49,725 bases of DNA from Girardia tigrina (taxonomy: Eukaryota). Positions 37,810-49,725 of this stretch are shown piece after piece. The notes beneath the pieces are model-generated. The model was not told the DNA's origin, did no database searches, and saw only the letters and a program-made list of their open reading frames with translations. Position numbers and translations under genes: made by a program. The stretch is from positions 8,833-58,557 of the forward strand of contig MQRK01241394.1 in the NCBI GenBank assembly GCA_001938485.1, read 5' to 3'. Every line of letters starts with the position of its first letter. Within the stretch, counting starts at the first letter, position 1.

Positions 37810-38400
37810 ATTCAGTATTGGCACTATGATTCACCAAGAACCAAAACCTCTTGTGGGATGAAATTGGTAAAATCATGTATTCGCCCTTCAAAATCTTCTA
37901 AATTTCTTGGTTTGGTTTAGTAGATTTGTTATTTTATCCAACCCCTAAGAACAATTCACATGATGTTAAGTGAGGACTTCTAGTTGGCCATTCGTGTAAA
38001 CCATGATCATCTATCTATCTTCCAGAAAAGGAAGCTCATTTTTAGCACTACACGAACATAACGGAAGAAGAGCCCACTTTCCATTGTTGTTTGTCACATG
38101 AACTTTTGTAGTTTACGAGTAAGTATTTCTTGAACAACTTAAACTACCTCAGGCCTTTGGATTTGTAAAGGCAAATACTTCTTCGAGTACCAGCCACATA
38201 TCTTATGATCCAGATTTTTTTCATGTTAATTCTTTATCGTCTTTAGGTCAATTTGAGCATGTTTCCCTTCATGGTTCTCCACTATCCTGGCACTTGAGCA
38301 ACGGATCTTAGAATTTCGTAACAGCAGCCCTCTGGGTATGTTTCTATGGTGAAGTGACCAACCATTTTGGTAGAGTCGTGAAATTTCAAACCAATTAATT
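37810..38400 (-). mobile_element. Old rosa/DD41D-type transposase remnant
   Basis: HEWPTRSPHLTSCELFL..WIK*QIY*TKPRNLEDFEGRI. Confidence 0.7.
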
Positions 38401-39053
38401 AAAAAACATTCACAGCAAAAAATAAAAGGAGAGCATAGATTAAATTTCCACAAATTAAGTAAGAAAACACATTACGGCATTTGAATTAAATTGAGGGCAT
38501 TTTAAAATAAGGAGTTGCTTCTCAGTCGCTCTGTTAATTGTTAACTCCTTATTTTATATTTTCCATTTCAGTCTCCCATGATTTCTGGTTAATGAAAGAG
38601 ATTTAAATTAAATTTTTCTCGAAAGTTTTATTATTTTCTGTCGATTTGTTTTGTTTTTAGAATTTGTTTTTATTTGATTAATCGAAATTTCGTCCAATTT
38701 AAAATGAAAATTTGATTTTAGTTGATTAAAATTACGATCATGAATTATTCATTGGAAATAATTTTCTGTAGCTTTCATGTTTAATTGAATAATCGCAAGT
38801 CACCACTGGACCGTGAATCATGGCGATCTTCCAAGAACTGTTTATATTTTCCTAATTTATAATTTTGGCACTTTATGTAATAATGTACGGTTTAATCCTA
38901 TTAAACATCGAATTCAAAAATGACACCGCCATTTAAAATTGACATTTTCCATTTTTGTGATTAAAGTTTATGGGGTCCTTTTTTTAGAGTAATCTTACAT
39001 CTATGTTAAAAAATAAATATTTAAAGTTTATGTTATTGTTAAATATTTTTAAA

Positions 39054-39655
39054 CTAAGTGGACCCGTAGGCACCAGGTGCCTATTAAAAACATTTAAAGT
39101 TTGTATTATTGACTCAAAATAATTTTTATACTAAAAATAAAAATAACTTTCCAAATTATCAGGATACCGGCCATGAAAATCTCACTTTGAAAATAAAAAT
39201 TGAGTAAGTCGAAAAGTAAGACGGTGTGACAACGTTTCTTAATCAAAACCCCGACAATATAACCGTGGTTTCAAACAGAGGAATATTAAATAAAATTCAG
39301 AAAATTCAATATTAAATATTATTTTATAATTGCAAAGAAAAACAATAAAATGAAATAAATTTGTTAAAAACAACTTATTTTTCACTTACCACCATTGAAA
39401 CAGTATAGGATAGGCTGTTTTATTTTCGTTTTTCTCTTCACACACATCCACATCTACATCATCTACAATCATACACACATTTTATATCTGGCGACTTTGT
39501 AAACGTTGCGTTGGTGACCTAAGCTTGTGATGCGTGTGTATCAAACTGCGGAGTTTCTGTAAGCCAGGTCAGAAGTGTTTTGCACATTTGGTGTTCCTTA
39601 CAGACAGGCAGATAGACAGATAGATAGACAGAGACTTGGCTATTATTATTATAAT
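39054..39655 (-). mobile_element. Non-autonomous Helitron-like element A
   Basis: The 5' AT-rich start is followed by a (TCTG/TCTA)n microsatellite. 3' hairpin TAGGCAC-ctg-GTGCCTA, then CTTAG|T. Confidence 0.55.
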
Positions 39656-39657
39656 AA

Positions 39658-40917
39658 CTAGAAAAAGACCCATCATATATGACGGAGGAACTGAATTTTC
39701 GACTTTGTTTTCGAAAGTTTCTGTTTTAATTTTTAAATCGTAATTATTATAATTTATTATTTCGAATTCTGTGTTGATTTAACAGTCAGTCAGTTAACTC
39801 GCCTCTGGAGCCTTTCGGCAAAGAAGCTGTACAGACAGAACCGTTTTGATTCGGACTATGCAGCCTTATCTCAATTAATGCGGATTCAATCATTGTTCCT
39901 CCACTATTTTGCATTTTGGGTCTGTCCATAAATGATGTCACGTAATCTTTGCAGATTTTCAACCCCTTCTTTCCCTCGTCAAATTTCGTAACAGAATTCT
40001 TTCTCTGAATACTTCAACATTTCGATTTGACGTCATATTTCCGAAACCCCTCTCCTCCCAAGTAACACTTCGTCACTAAATTCTGTCCCCTCCCCCCTAC
40101 TACGTGATGTATTTTATCAGCATATATATGTTCATAGTAAAATTTGAGCTTGACCGACAAACCGTGATTCAGATAATAACGAAATTTTGCAAATTTAACC
40201 TAAATTGATTTTTAGAAATATAATTAGTAAATAAGTGATAAAAATGGTCATTTATCAAATAAATTAGTATTTTATTGATATTTTCAAAAAAGATTTTAAC
40301 GAAATTCTGTGTAGGAATCGTAAAAATCGGCATTATTGGAAATCAGTGATAATTTAAGCATTTAATGACTTGTACGTTTTTGATCGATTTCATTGGCTTC
40401 CAGACGTCTTTCGGCAAAGCTGCTATACCGACAGAATTTTATTGATGCGGGCTATCCAGATTGATCACATCCTTAAGTGGATTCACTCCAGTTACTCCGC
40501 AATTTTGCATTTTATTTGTTGATATTATTTCTTTTTGTAATTTCTACAAAATCGATTTTTAGCAAAATTAGCGAATAAGTGATAAAATTAATCATTTATT
40601 TAATTATTTAGTATTTTATTGATAATTTCATAAAAATTTTCACGAAAATCCGTGTAGGAATCATCAAATCGTCATTTTTCGAAATCGGTGATAATTTAAC
40701 CATTTAACGACTTGTACGGTTTTCGATCGATTTCATCGGCTTCCGGGCGTCTTTCGGTAAAGGCGCTGTACCGAAAAAATTGTATTGATGCAGGCTATCC
40801 AGAATGACCACAATCTTAAATGGATTCATTCTGGTTCGTCCGCAATTTCACATTGAAAAGTTTGACAGGCAAACAAACAAACCAACACACTTTTTAGACA
40901 AATATTATATATATATT
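39658..40917 (-). mobile_element. Non-autonomous Helitron B with internal ~300-bp repeats
   Basis: 3' hairpin CCGTCATATATGATGG, then TTTTTCTAG|T. 5' ATATATATAAT..(GTTT)n. Diverged direct repeats at ~40190-40512 and ~40550-40852, and a partial copy at ~39805-39915. Confidence 0.7.
39918..40120. mobile_element. PIF/Harbinger-like MITE inserted in Helitron B
   Basis: Left end GGGTCTGTCCATAAATGATGTCACGT and decayed right end ACGTGATGTATTTTAT. It interrupts the repeat unit. Confidence 0.55.
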
Positions 40918-41599
40918 GGAAAAATTTAAAAGTAAAGTTGAATAAATATTATTTTGAAATAAAGATAAAAAGTTATTTGCAATAAATATTGTTATTTTAT
41001 AAAAGAATTTTTAAGATAAATAAAAGTGATGCTAAATATATGCTAATAAAGTATGAAATTAATTATTATAAACATTTTTTAAGTTACACGTCTTAGGATA
41101 AATAAAATATATTTAAAATTTAATTAAACGAGAAATATATGTTTTAAATTAATAAAATTTTTTGAAATTTAAAAAAATACAAAGACTATTTAAATAAGTG
41201 AGGTCGGGGAAATGAATCATATATCAGTAGAAGAAGAAAATTCGTTCGAATTTTGTTTATGATAAATATAGTTTTGCTTATCTTATTATGAGCTGTTTCT
41301 ACTTTGTACAAAAGGAGAGATAATAACGATAAAATTTATTAAAAATCAAATTTGTGCCAAAAACAATTTTAAAACAAACCAAAAGTTAAAAAAAATAATC
41401 TGAATCTCTATTTCAATTATATATAGTCTCAACTCGTTAAGCCGCCACACTTGGTTCTAGAAAAAATGGCGGTTTAACGAAACCCTATTGNNCCGCCATA
41501 TTTTGGATGATTATCGAGGTTTCAATGAATTATATAGATATCAACTACCATTATTTTATCTTTTATCTGACATATTATAAAATCTATTTATGGGAGTGA

Positions 41600-43130
41600 T
41601 TTGATCCTGATCATTTCTTAATCTTTATTATCCATTTCATATTGATGACTTTGTCTTAAAACTCCAACATCTGGTGTGACGATAGATAAATAAAAATAAA
41701 TAGAAAATAAATTCTCTCGATAAACTGTACAAAATTTTCTCAATATTTTAAATTGATTAAAATTTTATTCATATTTTTCAAGGCAGCAGTAGCTCCTTTT
41801 ACAACATTAGTATCCAATTTTTTTACAATTAATTTTAGAAATCATAATTTTTTAATTTCATTACAAATTAATTCTCAAGATAAACATGAACTGTACCTAA
41901 TTTTCTCTATATTTTAAATTCATATGATTAGAATCTCATTCATATTTTTGGAGGAATCAGCAGCTCCTTTTTTGTACATGTAATATGATAATTTAATATA
42001 AATAGTAACATATCAGATCTTTTTTATAAGTTCATTTTCTATATTTTCCCTTGCACTGTGATGATATGGACTCGAAAATTGTAATTTGATTGACATTAAT
42101 GTGATGAACTTTGTTTAAAATCGTGATTCAAAATCTTTTCCTCGATCGACATGAATATTCAATATTCACGTTTCTTCTTTGGTTGTTTTGTACATGTTTT
42201 TGATAATTAACAACCTATAAAACTTCTTACAATTTGTTCAACTTGTTTGGTAAAATTCTCCATAATGTTTACGCAAAATATGTTTTCTTGACTCCCGCGT
42301 GACATAAAATAGAAAAATATGACGCAGTCATTTCCTGAGCTCTTTTAATCCAAATTTTGTTATTCACTGTTCTAATAAATCAGTTTCTCCTTACAGGAGC
42401 CCTTGTCAAAGATTCTTTCAACTCATTATAGGGCTGCTGAATGTTAATCCTTCCAATGTCAAGCGTCTAATTTAATTTTATAGCAAGTGTTTCCCTAAGT
42501 CTACCGAACTGAATCATTTCATGCCGTTCAATGAATCTAAACTTTCATCAATATTCGAAATCAGAAATGTTGTCTCTCAATACCTTGATTTAGCAACTTA
42601 AAATCCAAGACAAACGAATTTCATCTTTCTCTTTCTTCCAAATTGCTGTATAAAATGGTTAGGAAAATTTATCTATTGTTCTATTTTTTTTAAATTCATA
42701 ATAGCATCGTCACTATGGCAGTCCAAATGGATTGGTTGTCTCTTCGGCTTCTGTTTAATTTTAGTTTGGTTGTTTTAGTTTCATGTTTGATCAATGATGT
42801 TTTATCGATGTACCATTTCCCAGTGATGAAAATATTTTGATACTTCTCTATGAATTTATATAAATTAGTACCATCACTAAGGTACTTCTTTTGAGACATA
42901 AAAATTTATCGTGTTTTGATATTCTTCCATTTCACCTCTTTATAACATACTCCATCCAATCCCATATTCGCTACATTTTCACATACTACTGAAGTTGTTG
43001 TATTATTATTTAAGATATTTTAAATTGTTCAATTGATTTCCAGTTCCTAAAATAAAATGGGTCCCTCGTATCAAATAAACGGTTCATTTAAAATATCACT
43101 ACAGTTATTTGCCATACTCGGTCGTCCATT
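41600..43130 (-). mobile_element. Gypsy LTR retrotransposon pol remnant
   Basis: EKYQNIF..KTSLIKHE (PR-RT linker), ISNIDESLDSLNGMK*FSSVDL (RT), CHAGVKKTY (integrase HHCC). Confidence 0.75.
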
Positions 43131-43199
43131 AAATACATTATAATTTAATTTATCTTGATATGAAATTAAATTGCACAAATAAAACACTTTTTGGTACCA

Positions 43200-44245
43200 T
43201 TGTCATTACCATTATTTCTAAAACTATTATAAATACCCAAAGTCATCCATTTAAAAATATATTTTAAGACAATATATTTCGATGGATCTACTGTCATCTT
43301 CAGGTCACTAATTAATAATCAATTCACCTGTATATAAATACAAAAATGATGATTATGTAATCGATTGCATGAAATCATGCTAATCAAAAATTCTCAATAA
43401 GCTGGTTNNNNNNNNNNNNNNAACATTGATTTTAGGGCAACGTGACCTAATTAACAATGCTTCACATGACACTCTCTCCCAATAACTGTCAAAATGCTTA
43501 CACAGAATTTTGAAATTATCAAAATTAACATCACATTTACATTTTTTCCTATGTTCTGCAATTATATTTATATTCATAAACAATGATGCAGGTGGTGATT
43601 TTTGTTTTCGTTTATGTGTGATGATGTCTATCAATAATTCTGAAAATTTAAATAAAAGTAAATTTGCTACACAGAATAAGAAATTAAATTATTTAAGAAA
43701 ATTATTTGGAGTTTTTAAATTTGATTGAGTAATGTAAATTTATCTAAGGATGAGATCGATATATTAGCAACTAACAATGAATTAAATTTAAAAATTATAT
43801 CACGATCTCATAAAATTCAAAATATGTTCAGTAATAAATCTATTACACCTTTAACACTTTGTTATGATATTGTTTATGAATATAAATGTAATGGGTGCGA
43901 TGCCACATACATTGGAGAGACTGCCCGTCATCTCTGTATACGAATTCAAGAGATGACGAGATGTATCTCCAATGTATGTTGTGTTACACCAATTACAAGT
44001 ATATTTATAAACTAAATCGGAGCACAAACCGAGAGGAGTGAGAAATTTATTTCTGAACATATCACGAATTTAAAATTCTGTGTAATCGATTTAAAAATTA
44101 CTGGGAGAAAGTAAGGTGTGAGGCCTTATTAATAAGATCCATGGGTCCAAAAATTAATATCCAAGCTTTACAATAAACTTCTTTGTTAAACATTTTCAAA
44201 TGGAGTCTTTATGACATAATCGATTACATAATCACCATTTTCACA
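43200..44245. mobile_element. Mosaic of PLE segments in alternating orientation
   Basis: Minus EN C-terminus and pLTR (43200-43570). Plus N-terminal motif LSNVNLSKDEIDIL fused to VYEYKCNGCDATYIGETARHL (43570-43950). Minus VYKYTCNWCNTTYIGDTSRHL (43950-44200). Short plus pLTR piece at 44218-44242. Confidence 0.9.
43266..43308 (-). ncRNA. Hammerhead ribozyme, helix II partly decayed
   Basis: GAC-CTGAAGA-T-gacagtagatccatc-GAAA-TATAT-T-GTC. Confidence 0.65.
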
Positions 44246-45689
44246 TTAGTTTAATTTTAAAATGATTATTTAAATTTTAATACTTGATTAAACAACTCGA
44301 CGTTTTAAAATATTTAAAATATCAATCTTCCATCTGGGTGGGAGAAACACAATCCTAAAACAATATACCAAACAACACACAATAAACACAATTCAAAAAT
44401 ATTCCTCACAATTATTATTATTATTATTATTATTTAAAATTTAAATGGTAGTTTTCTTTGTTGGGAATTTGTTCTCGGAAATATAAGAAGTATTATGTTT
44501 CACATTTGTTCGGCTGATTCTATCGCAATAATTAACATTAAATTGAGTTAATATTGAAACTGAAAATTTTTGTTACTTTTACAATTTCTTTTAAAATTTT
44601 TATAAAAATAATATAAAATTAATTTACTATAAAATAAGCCAAAATGATTATTTGATAAAAACATTTACATTAAAAGTTTTTTACTTTCATTTAATGTAAA
44701 ATTGTTTACGTATTTCTAAAACAATTTTCAAAGTAAATATGTCGAATGCACAAATATTTATAATTAAAACTGTTTCTGGAACGAAATTCTATATTTACTG
44801 TTTATATAACATCTGAAACTGTACACATTTTAATTTGTAGAAATATCAGTGGATCTTGACTTACTTTATAAAATTTGACCGTCCTTGAATTTTATCTCTT
44901 TATGACCATAATGCTTCCGACAAATAATCTTTAAAAGCCACTTTGAACACTTGAAAAATAAAGGTTCCCAAATGATGACCATTTGATGCCTATGAGAATA
45001 CATTATTAATTTATCCAACTTAACAAAACTAACTTAATAGATTTTCGGTTACAAATGGATATTTGTATGATGTTTATCGTCGATACTTCTTTTATCATTT
45101 CCTTTTTAAAGTGGATCCTCCTTCTCTTCGTATTCTTTTAATCTTGTTTTAATTTTCCTAATTTTTGTTAGGACATTCGACAAAGAGATTTTTCAAAACC
45201 TCAGACATGACTTACTGAAGAATGAATCAAATCAAGATACTTAATTGGAAAAATATTTTTCATTTTGGAATAAATTATTTTTATGTTGATCGTAAGCAAA
45301 GGTTTTCTCTAATTCTTATAAAAATTGAATGATGTGAATTGAAATAAAAAGATAATTCTGAGTTTAACCTTTTGCCATAATCAATTTATTTGTCGAATGT
45401 TGGGATAGCAATTTGATTGAGAACTAATTTGCAGACAATTTAATTCTTGGGGATTTTTACAAAAAAGTGCAACTGAAAGAGGTTACACGTTTAATAAATG
45501 TAAAATTGTAAAGTTTTCATGTGATGCAGATCAAAGTGGTTACATCTCAACTTAAAAAGACGCTTAAGAATTGAACATGTTGAAAAATAAGTGATTCGGA
45601 CGTAAGATTGCATGAGCAAAGTAGGCACTACTCAGTGCAATACTAGCCATGCGATAAGGTGCAAACGACAACAAGACTGTTTGAATTAC

Positions 45690-46285
45690 CACTTACGTAG
45701 TGATAAGTATGATTAAATAAATTAAAATAGGTTGTAATTTCAGTAATAGTTTTATTTTATCAAATGCATTAAAAGTTGTATTGCAACATTTTGAATTTGC
45801 GTCAGTTCCCTGATTTCAGACGTCGAATATATCAGCGTTATCAAGTTCTTTGTGTTGCTGAAGAATGCCTACAGTCTTTTGCAGTCAACTTACCTAAATG
45901 ACTCCCCATATCTAACAATTGTTAAATATTAGGTTTAAAAGTATTTGGACCTTCGTCTTAAATCAATAAAAATCAAGTCGGCTACAATAAATTTTGACAT
46001 AGTTAATATAAAATTTAAGAAGATGGTCGAAGAAGAACATCGAATTACCATGAAAATTCTGTCAATGAAACTCAGTATCACTGTTAGTGCAGCCCACGCC
46101 AAACTGAAATCCATGGGTATTAGAAAACTGTGTTTCAGAATCGTTATCCCCTTCTTGACTGGTTAAATGATGCGACATTATTTCGAGTGTGAAACTTTCC
46201 TGGCAAATTTAATTACGGAGGTTGAAACTCCACTCAGTATTTGCGGGAAACCAAGCGTGAGTCAGCAGAATGGAAAAGATCTCTA
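45690..46285 (+). mobile_element. Degenerate mariner, same family as 17225-18110
   Basis: Shared nucleotide blocks TTATCAAGTTCTTTGTGTTGC, TCTTTTGCAGTCAA and TGGCAAATTTAATTACGGA; protein FLANLITEVET. Confidence 0.85.
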
Positions 46286-46364
46286 CATCCATGTAAAGTT
46301 AAAGAATTATCGTTTCCTTTTCGAATTTCCATGCTTCGAATCTCCACGTGTAGCTGATTTTTGT

Positions 46365-46836
46365 TTATGATTTTTCCTTCCGCTTGTTTATATAAATTAT
46401 CATATTTTGTATCTTCTTTGTAACATTCCGTAATCTTTTTATTGTGGTATATGCGGAACTACGACCCAATAATGTAACCTTACATATATCTTCCACAGAT
46501 ATCGTCGCATATGATCTTTTAATTATATTAAATTTTTCTTCGTTCATTACTATTCTCTGTTTCCGTTGATCGTGAGTATTAAATTTTGTATTTTGATTTT
46601 CCATTTTTATTGTATTTGAAAAATTGTATACTTTCATTGACCTTGTAATAAATTCAATAAAATATATCGAAAGGTTTTATATACTAGAATGTTTATTAAA
46701 TGTTTATTAATTTTTGTTTATTAATTTTAAAAATTAATTTTTGATTATTTCTTAATTTTATGAAAATTTATCCGCTTAATTTTGAAAAATGTCAAATTAT
46801 TTATGAAAACTGTCGTTATATTTATGAAAAACGCTG
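46365..46836 (-). mobile_element. Tc1/IS630-like element 5' end; ~200 bp duplicated almost identically at 48504-48714
   Basis: TA|CAGCGTTTTTCATAAAT terminus with an internal TTTTCATAAAT repeat. HTH-like SVEDICKVTLLGRSSAYTTIKRL. Confidence 0.6.
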
Positions 46837-49009
46837 TAAACAAATTTTTTTCTCAATTCGCATTTTGCCATCATGAAATTCTTCATATTGATTAACTTGA
46901 TCGTCGATCTCAACAATTGTACATAGGGTACTGTTACAAAATTGTTCTCTAATAGGTCTTTACGCGAAACAAGTCTGACTCTTTAAACAAGATAATGAAC
47001 AAACAAACATTGAAGTAACTTTTTAATTTTTTTACGATTTTTATGATGAAGGGTGATGTGAAGAAAGATAAAGTCTCAAAGAGTTCTTCATTGTCACCAT
47101 TTTTGAAATCAATTTTTGTGAAGTATCTTTATATGGAAATTCATGTCTTTTGGTTGCGTCATCTTGCTGGACTATTTGGTTAAATATCCTGTGCTCACTT
47201 ATGATATCTCAAACAAATTGCTGTTATAGTTGATCAGTTTTGTGCCAGGGAATCGAAATATTGGTATCATTTCTTTTAGATTTACCAATATTCTTGCAAA
47301 ACCATTCTTTAAAACAACAAAAAGACTCTCGCAACCGAGTTTTACCAAATCTGAAAGAGTAATTATTAAAAAGTCTCTTATTTACTAAACATGTCTTCGT
47401 TATCTAGTTTCGATAAATTGTAATGAGTTAAAAAGTAATTTTATATTTTAAAACATAAAATAAAATAAGTCCATTGAGTCACATTGGAATTCAATAAAAT
47501 TAAAATTAATGCTAATGAAAAGAATGAGAAGGGAAATAATTTCTCTCTCTCAATAATGTGAGACTGTTAAAGGGAAAATAATTGAGAAAACATTGCATTG
47601 ATCAAAATATTATTTTAATATTTTATATATAATTATTTTTCTTGATTATACGTTGAATAAGAGCATTAGACGTTTTTGAGATGTTTATTTATTCATCAAG
47701 GCAAATAAAATGGGGAGTGAATTTTGTATGTTTAAATTAGGGGTTGTATCATTGTTGAAAACTCACACAAAACAGATGGAAATTTACGAATGCAAAATAT
47801 TTTAAAAAATAATTTAAAGTTGATAATTTAAAAAAATGCTGAATTACAATTGTGAAGAATATTTGGTGTGTGGATGTTTTTGTGTAGTGTTTGCATGTTT
47901 AAATGTTGTATGTTGATTTGGGATTGTGCCTCTCCTAACCAGATGGATAATCAATATTTAATTTCTTATAATCTGAAACTAATTTATTTAAATTTAGATT
48001 TAATGTTCAAATTTTTAATTTTTATTATTGCAATTTTAAATAATTTTAATGATTTTATTTTTGTAAATTTTTAAATAATTAAAATCAATTTAATGTTTAA
48101 AAATAACTATAAAATTATTTTATTTCAGCCAATAAAATTTAAATTAAATATTTTTAAATAAAGTGGTCTTCTCAAGTATAGTTCAGATTTTGATGGGAGA
48201 TATTGAAAATTGATTGATGGATCTAAGTGAAAGCAATACTATTGATCATCATAAGGATGATAAGATATGTGAATGTAATAAATGTTCTGTCAAATATGTG
48301 AGTTCTCTTAACAACAAAATTATGTATAGAAATTGATTTTAACTTGTAAACTACAATGTACGCCTTATTTATGTATCATGATGTAAGTTGTTGTTTGATT
48401 TTATTGTTATAATTTTGGTATGATGTTTGAATGTTCCATATGACTTTCTGATTGTATAAAATGTCATTCATAAAAAATGTTGATTTAAATCTTCTAAAAA
48501 TTGGAATTTTGTATTTTGATTTTCCATTTTTATTGTATTTGAAAAATTGTATACTTTCATTGACCTTGTAATAAATTCAATAAAATATATCGAAAGGTTT
48601 TATATACTAGAATGTTTATTAAATGTTTATTAAATGTTTATTAATTTTTGTTAATTAATTTTAAAAATTAATTTTTGATTATTTCTTAATTTTATTAAAA
48701 TTTATCCGCTTAATTCATCATCATAGCGTTTAAAGTCCTTTTTGAATATTATTAAATTATATTTCATTTATCTATTTACATGGTGTGGTGAATCGTAGTT
48801 GGCATGAGAAAAATTAAGTTAAATCAAAAAGTTTTTAATTAAAAAATATGTTTAAATAAACGAGTGATTGAAAAACTTTTGAAAAATGGCAAAATGGTGT
48901 AGATAAACGTTGAATGTGTATTTTCTTATAGAATAAATGTTAATTGGTGTACTATCAACTTTTTCTTTCCTTTACTATCAGTACGTATGATATTTTATTA
49001 TGTTAATAA

Positions 49010-49233
49010 ACTGTGTCGATTCGCGAACGACGCGGTTCATCCCTCAGATCTTTCGCCGCGCAACTCATGACAATGTCACATAATCAACTCAATCGTAAGT
49101 TCTTAATCGGATCTGCACTCAACCGAGATACAAACAATCGCGATACACATGCCAACTCGGAACGGAGAACTCCTGTGCGCTGTTACAAGAGCAGGCGCCC
49201 GAACCAGATCCAACCGTTTGCCGCATGGTCGAA
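49010..49233 (+). pseudogene. GC-rich decayed exon-like segment interrupted by the terminal element
   Basis: CpG-rich island; frame ..TIAIHMPTRNGELLCAV.. with stops. Confidence 0.25.
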
Positions 49234-49725
49234 AGTAGGGGAAAAATGTATGTTCTCCACCACCCCCCCCGGGGGGGTGTAACTAGTTACCGTGGTTGCC
49301 ATGGCAACGGTCGCGGTTACCATGGCAACGGTCGCGATCACCTTGGCAACGTTTCCGATTGGCCGCCGGGCCCCCTAGCAACGGTCGCGATCACCTTGGC
49401 AACGCTTCTGATTGGTCGACGGTTCCCTAGCAACGGGCGCGATCACCATAGCAACTGTCGCGATCACCTTAGAAACGCTTCTGATTGGTTCCTTGGTTCC
49501 CTAGCAACGGTCGCGAAACTGGGGGCGATCGTCCGAAACTGGGTAGGGGCGATCGCCGGCATTCACTACAGCAACGGTCTGATTGGTCGACGGGTCCCTA
49601 GCAACTGTCGCGATCACCATAGCAACGGTCGCGATCACCTTAGCAACGGTTCCAGTTCACATGGAAACGCTTACGAACACCTTAGCAACCGTTCCGGTTC
49701 ACTTGGTGACGGTAACCAAGGTCAT
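49234..49725 (+). mobile_element. Candidate Polinton/Maverick-like terminus with ~20-bp tandem array
   Basis: Starts AGTAGGGGAAAAATG. Contains a C7G7 palindrome, a GTAACTAGTTAC palindrome and units (T/G)AGCAACGGTCGCGATCACC interspersed with GATTGG. Confidence 0.5.
49295..49329. promoter_or_regulatory. Tandem RFX X-box motifs
   Basis: Perfect palindrome GTTGCCATGGCAAC (49295-49308) and GTTACCATGGCAAC (49316-49329). Confidence 0.65.

Noticed and set aside
44800-47400. Additional Gypsy integrase (44800-45600) and PLE thumb (46880-47350) remnants on the minus strand
   Set aside because: Only faint motifs (GHHLG, SSHHP, VTVPYV), too decayed to call.
26402-49234. The two AGTA-termini as paired TIRs of a single 23-kb element
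   Set aside because: They point away from each other and are too diverged, and the intervening DNA has no Polinton genes.
49295-49725. CRISPR-like repeat array
   Set aside because: The units are contiguous degenerate tandem repeats without unique spacers, there are no cas genes, and the context is eukaryotic.

Overview
This is an AT-rich eukaryotic (invertebrate, probably non-insect) genomic window with assembly gaps, and most of it is decayed transposon debris. One intact host exon is recognisable: the first coding exon of an IP3-receptor-like gene on the minus strand (15383-15465). Its first intron appears to run off the left edge of the window. The dominant repeats are Penelope-like elements (PLE; RT and GIY-YIG fragments), with five recognisable and one decayed minimal hammerhead ribozymes in their pseudo-LTRs and with inverted 5' ends. 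Also present are a near full-length mellifera-type (Famar1/Ammar1-like) mariner, other mariner, rosa(DD41D), Tc1, MULE, hAT, RTE and Gypsy remnants, two head-to-tail non-autonomous Helitrons, MITEs, and two Polinton-like termini packed with RFX X-boxes. The most unusual observations are: (1) a ~215-nt 28S rRNA piece (A-loop to sarcin-ricin loop) inserted in sense orientation into a PLE endonuclease at a 10-nt microhomology; (2) reiterated 'stutter' repeats at PLE template-switch junctions; (3) a ~5-kb cluster of unrelated host gene fragments (H2B ending at its stem-loop, EMC2, MMS19-like, Ig-like); and (4) scattered decayed Ig-like glycoprotein exons. All family assignments come from motif recognition by eye. 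No database search was run.
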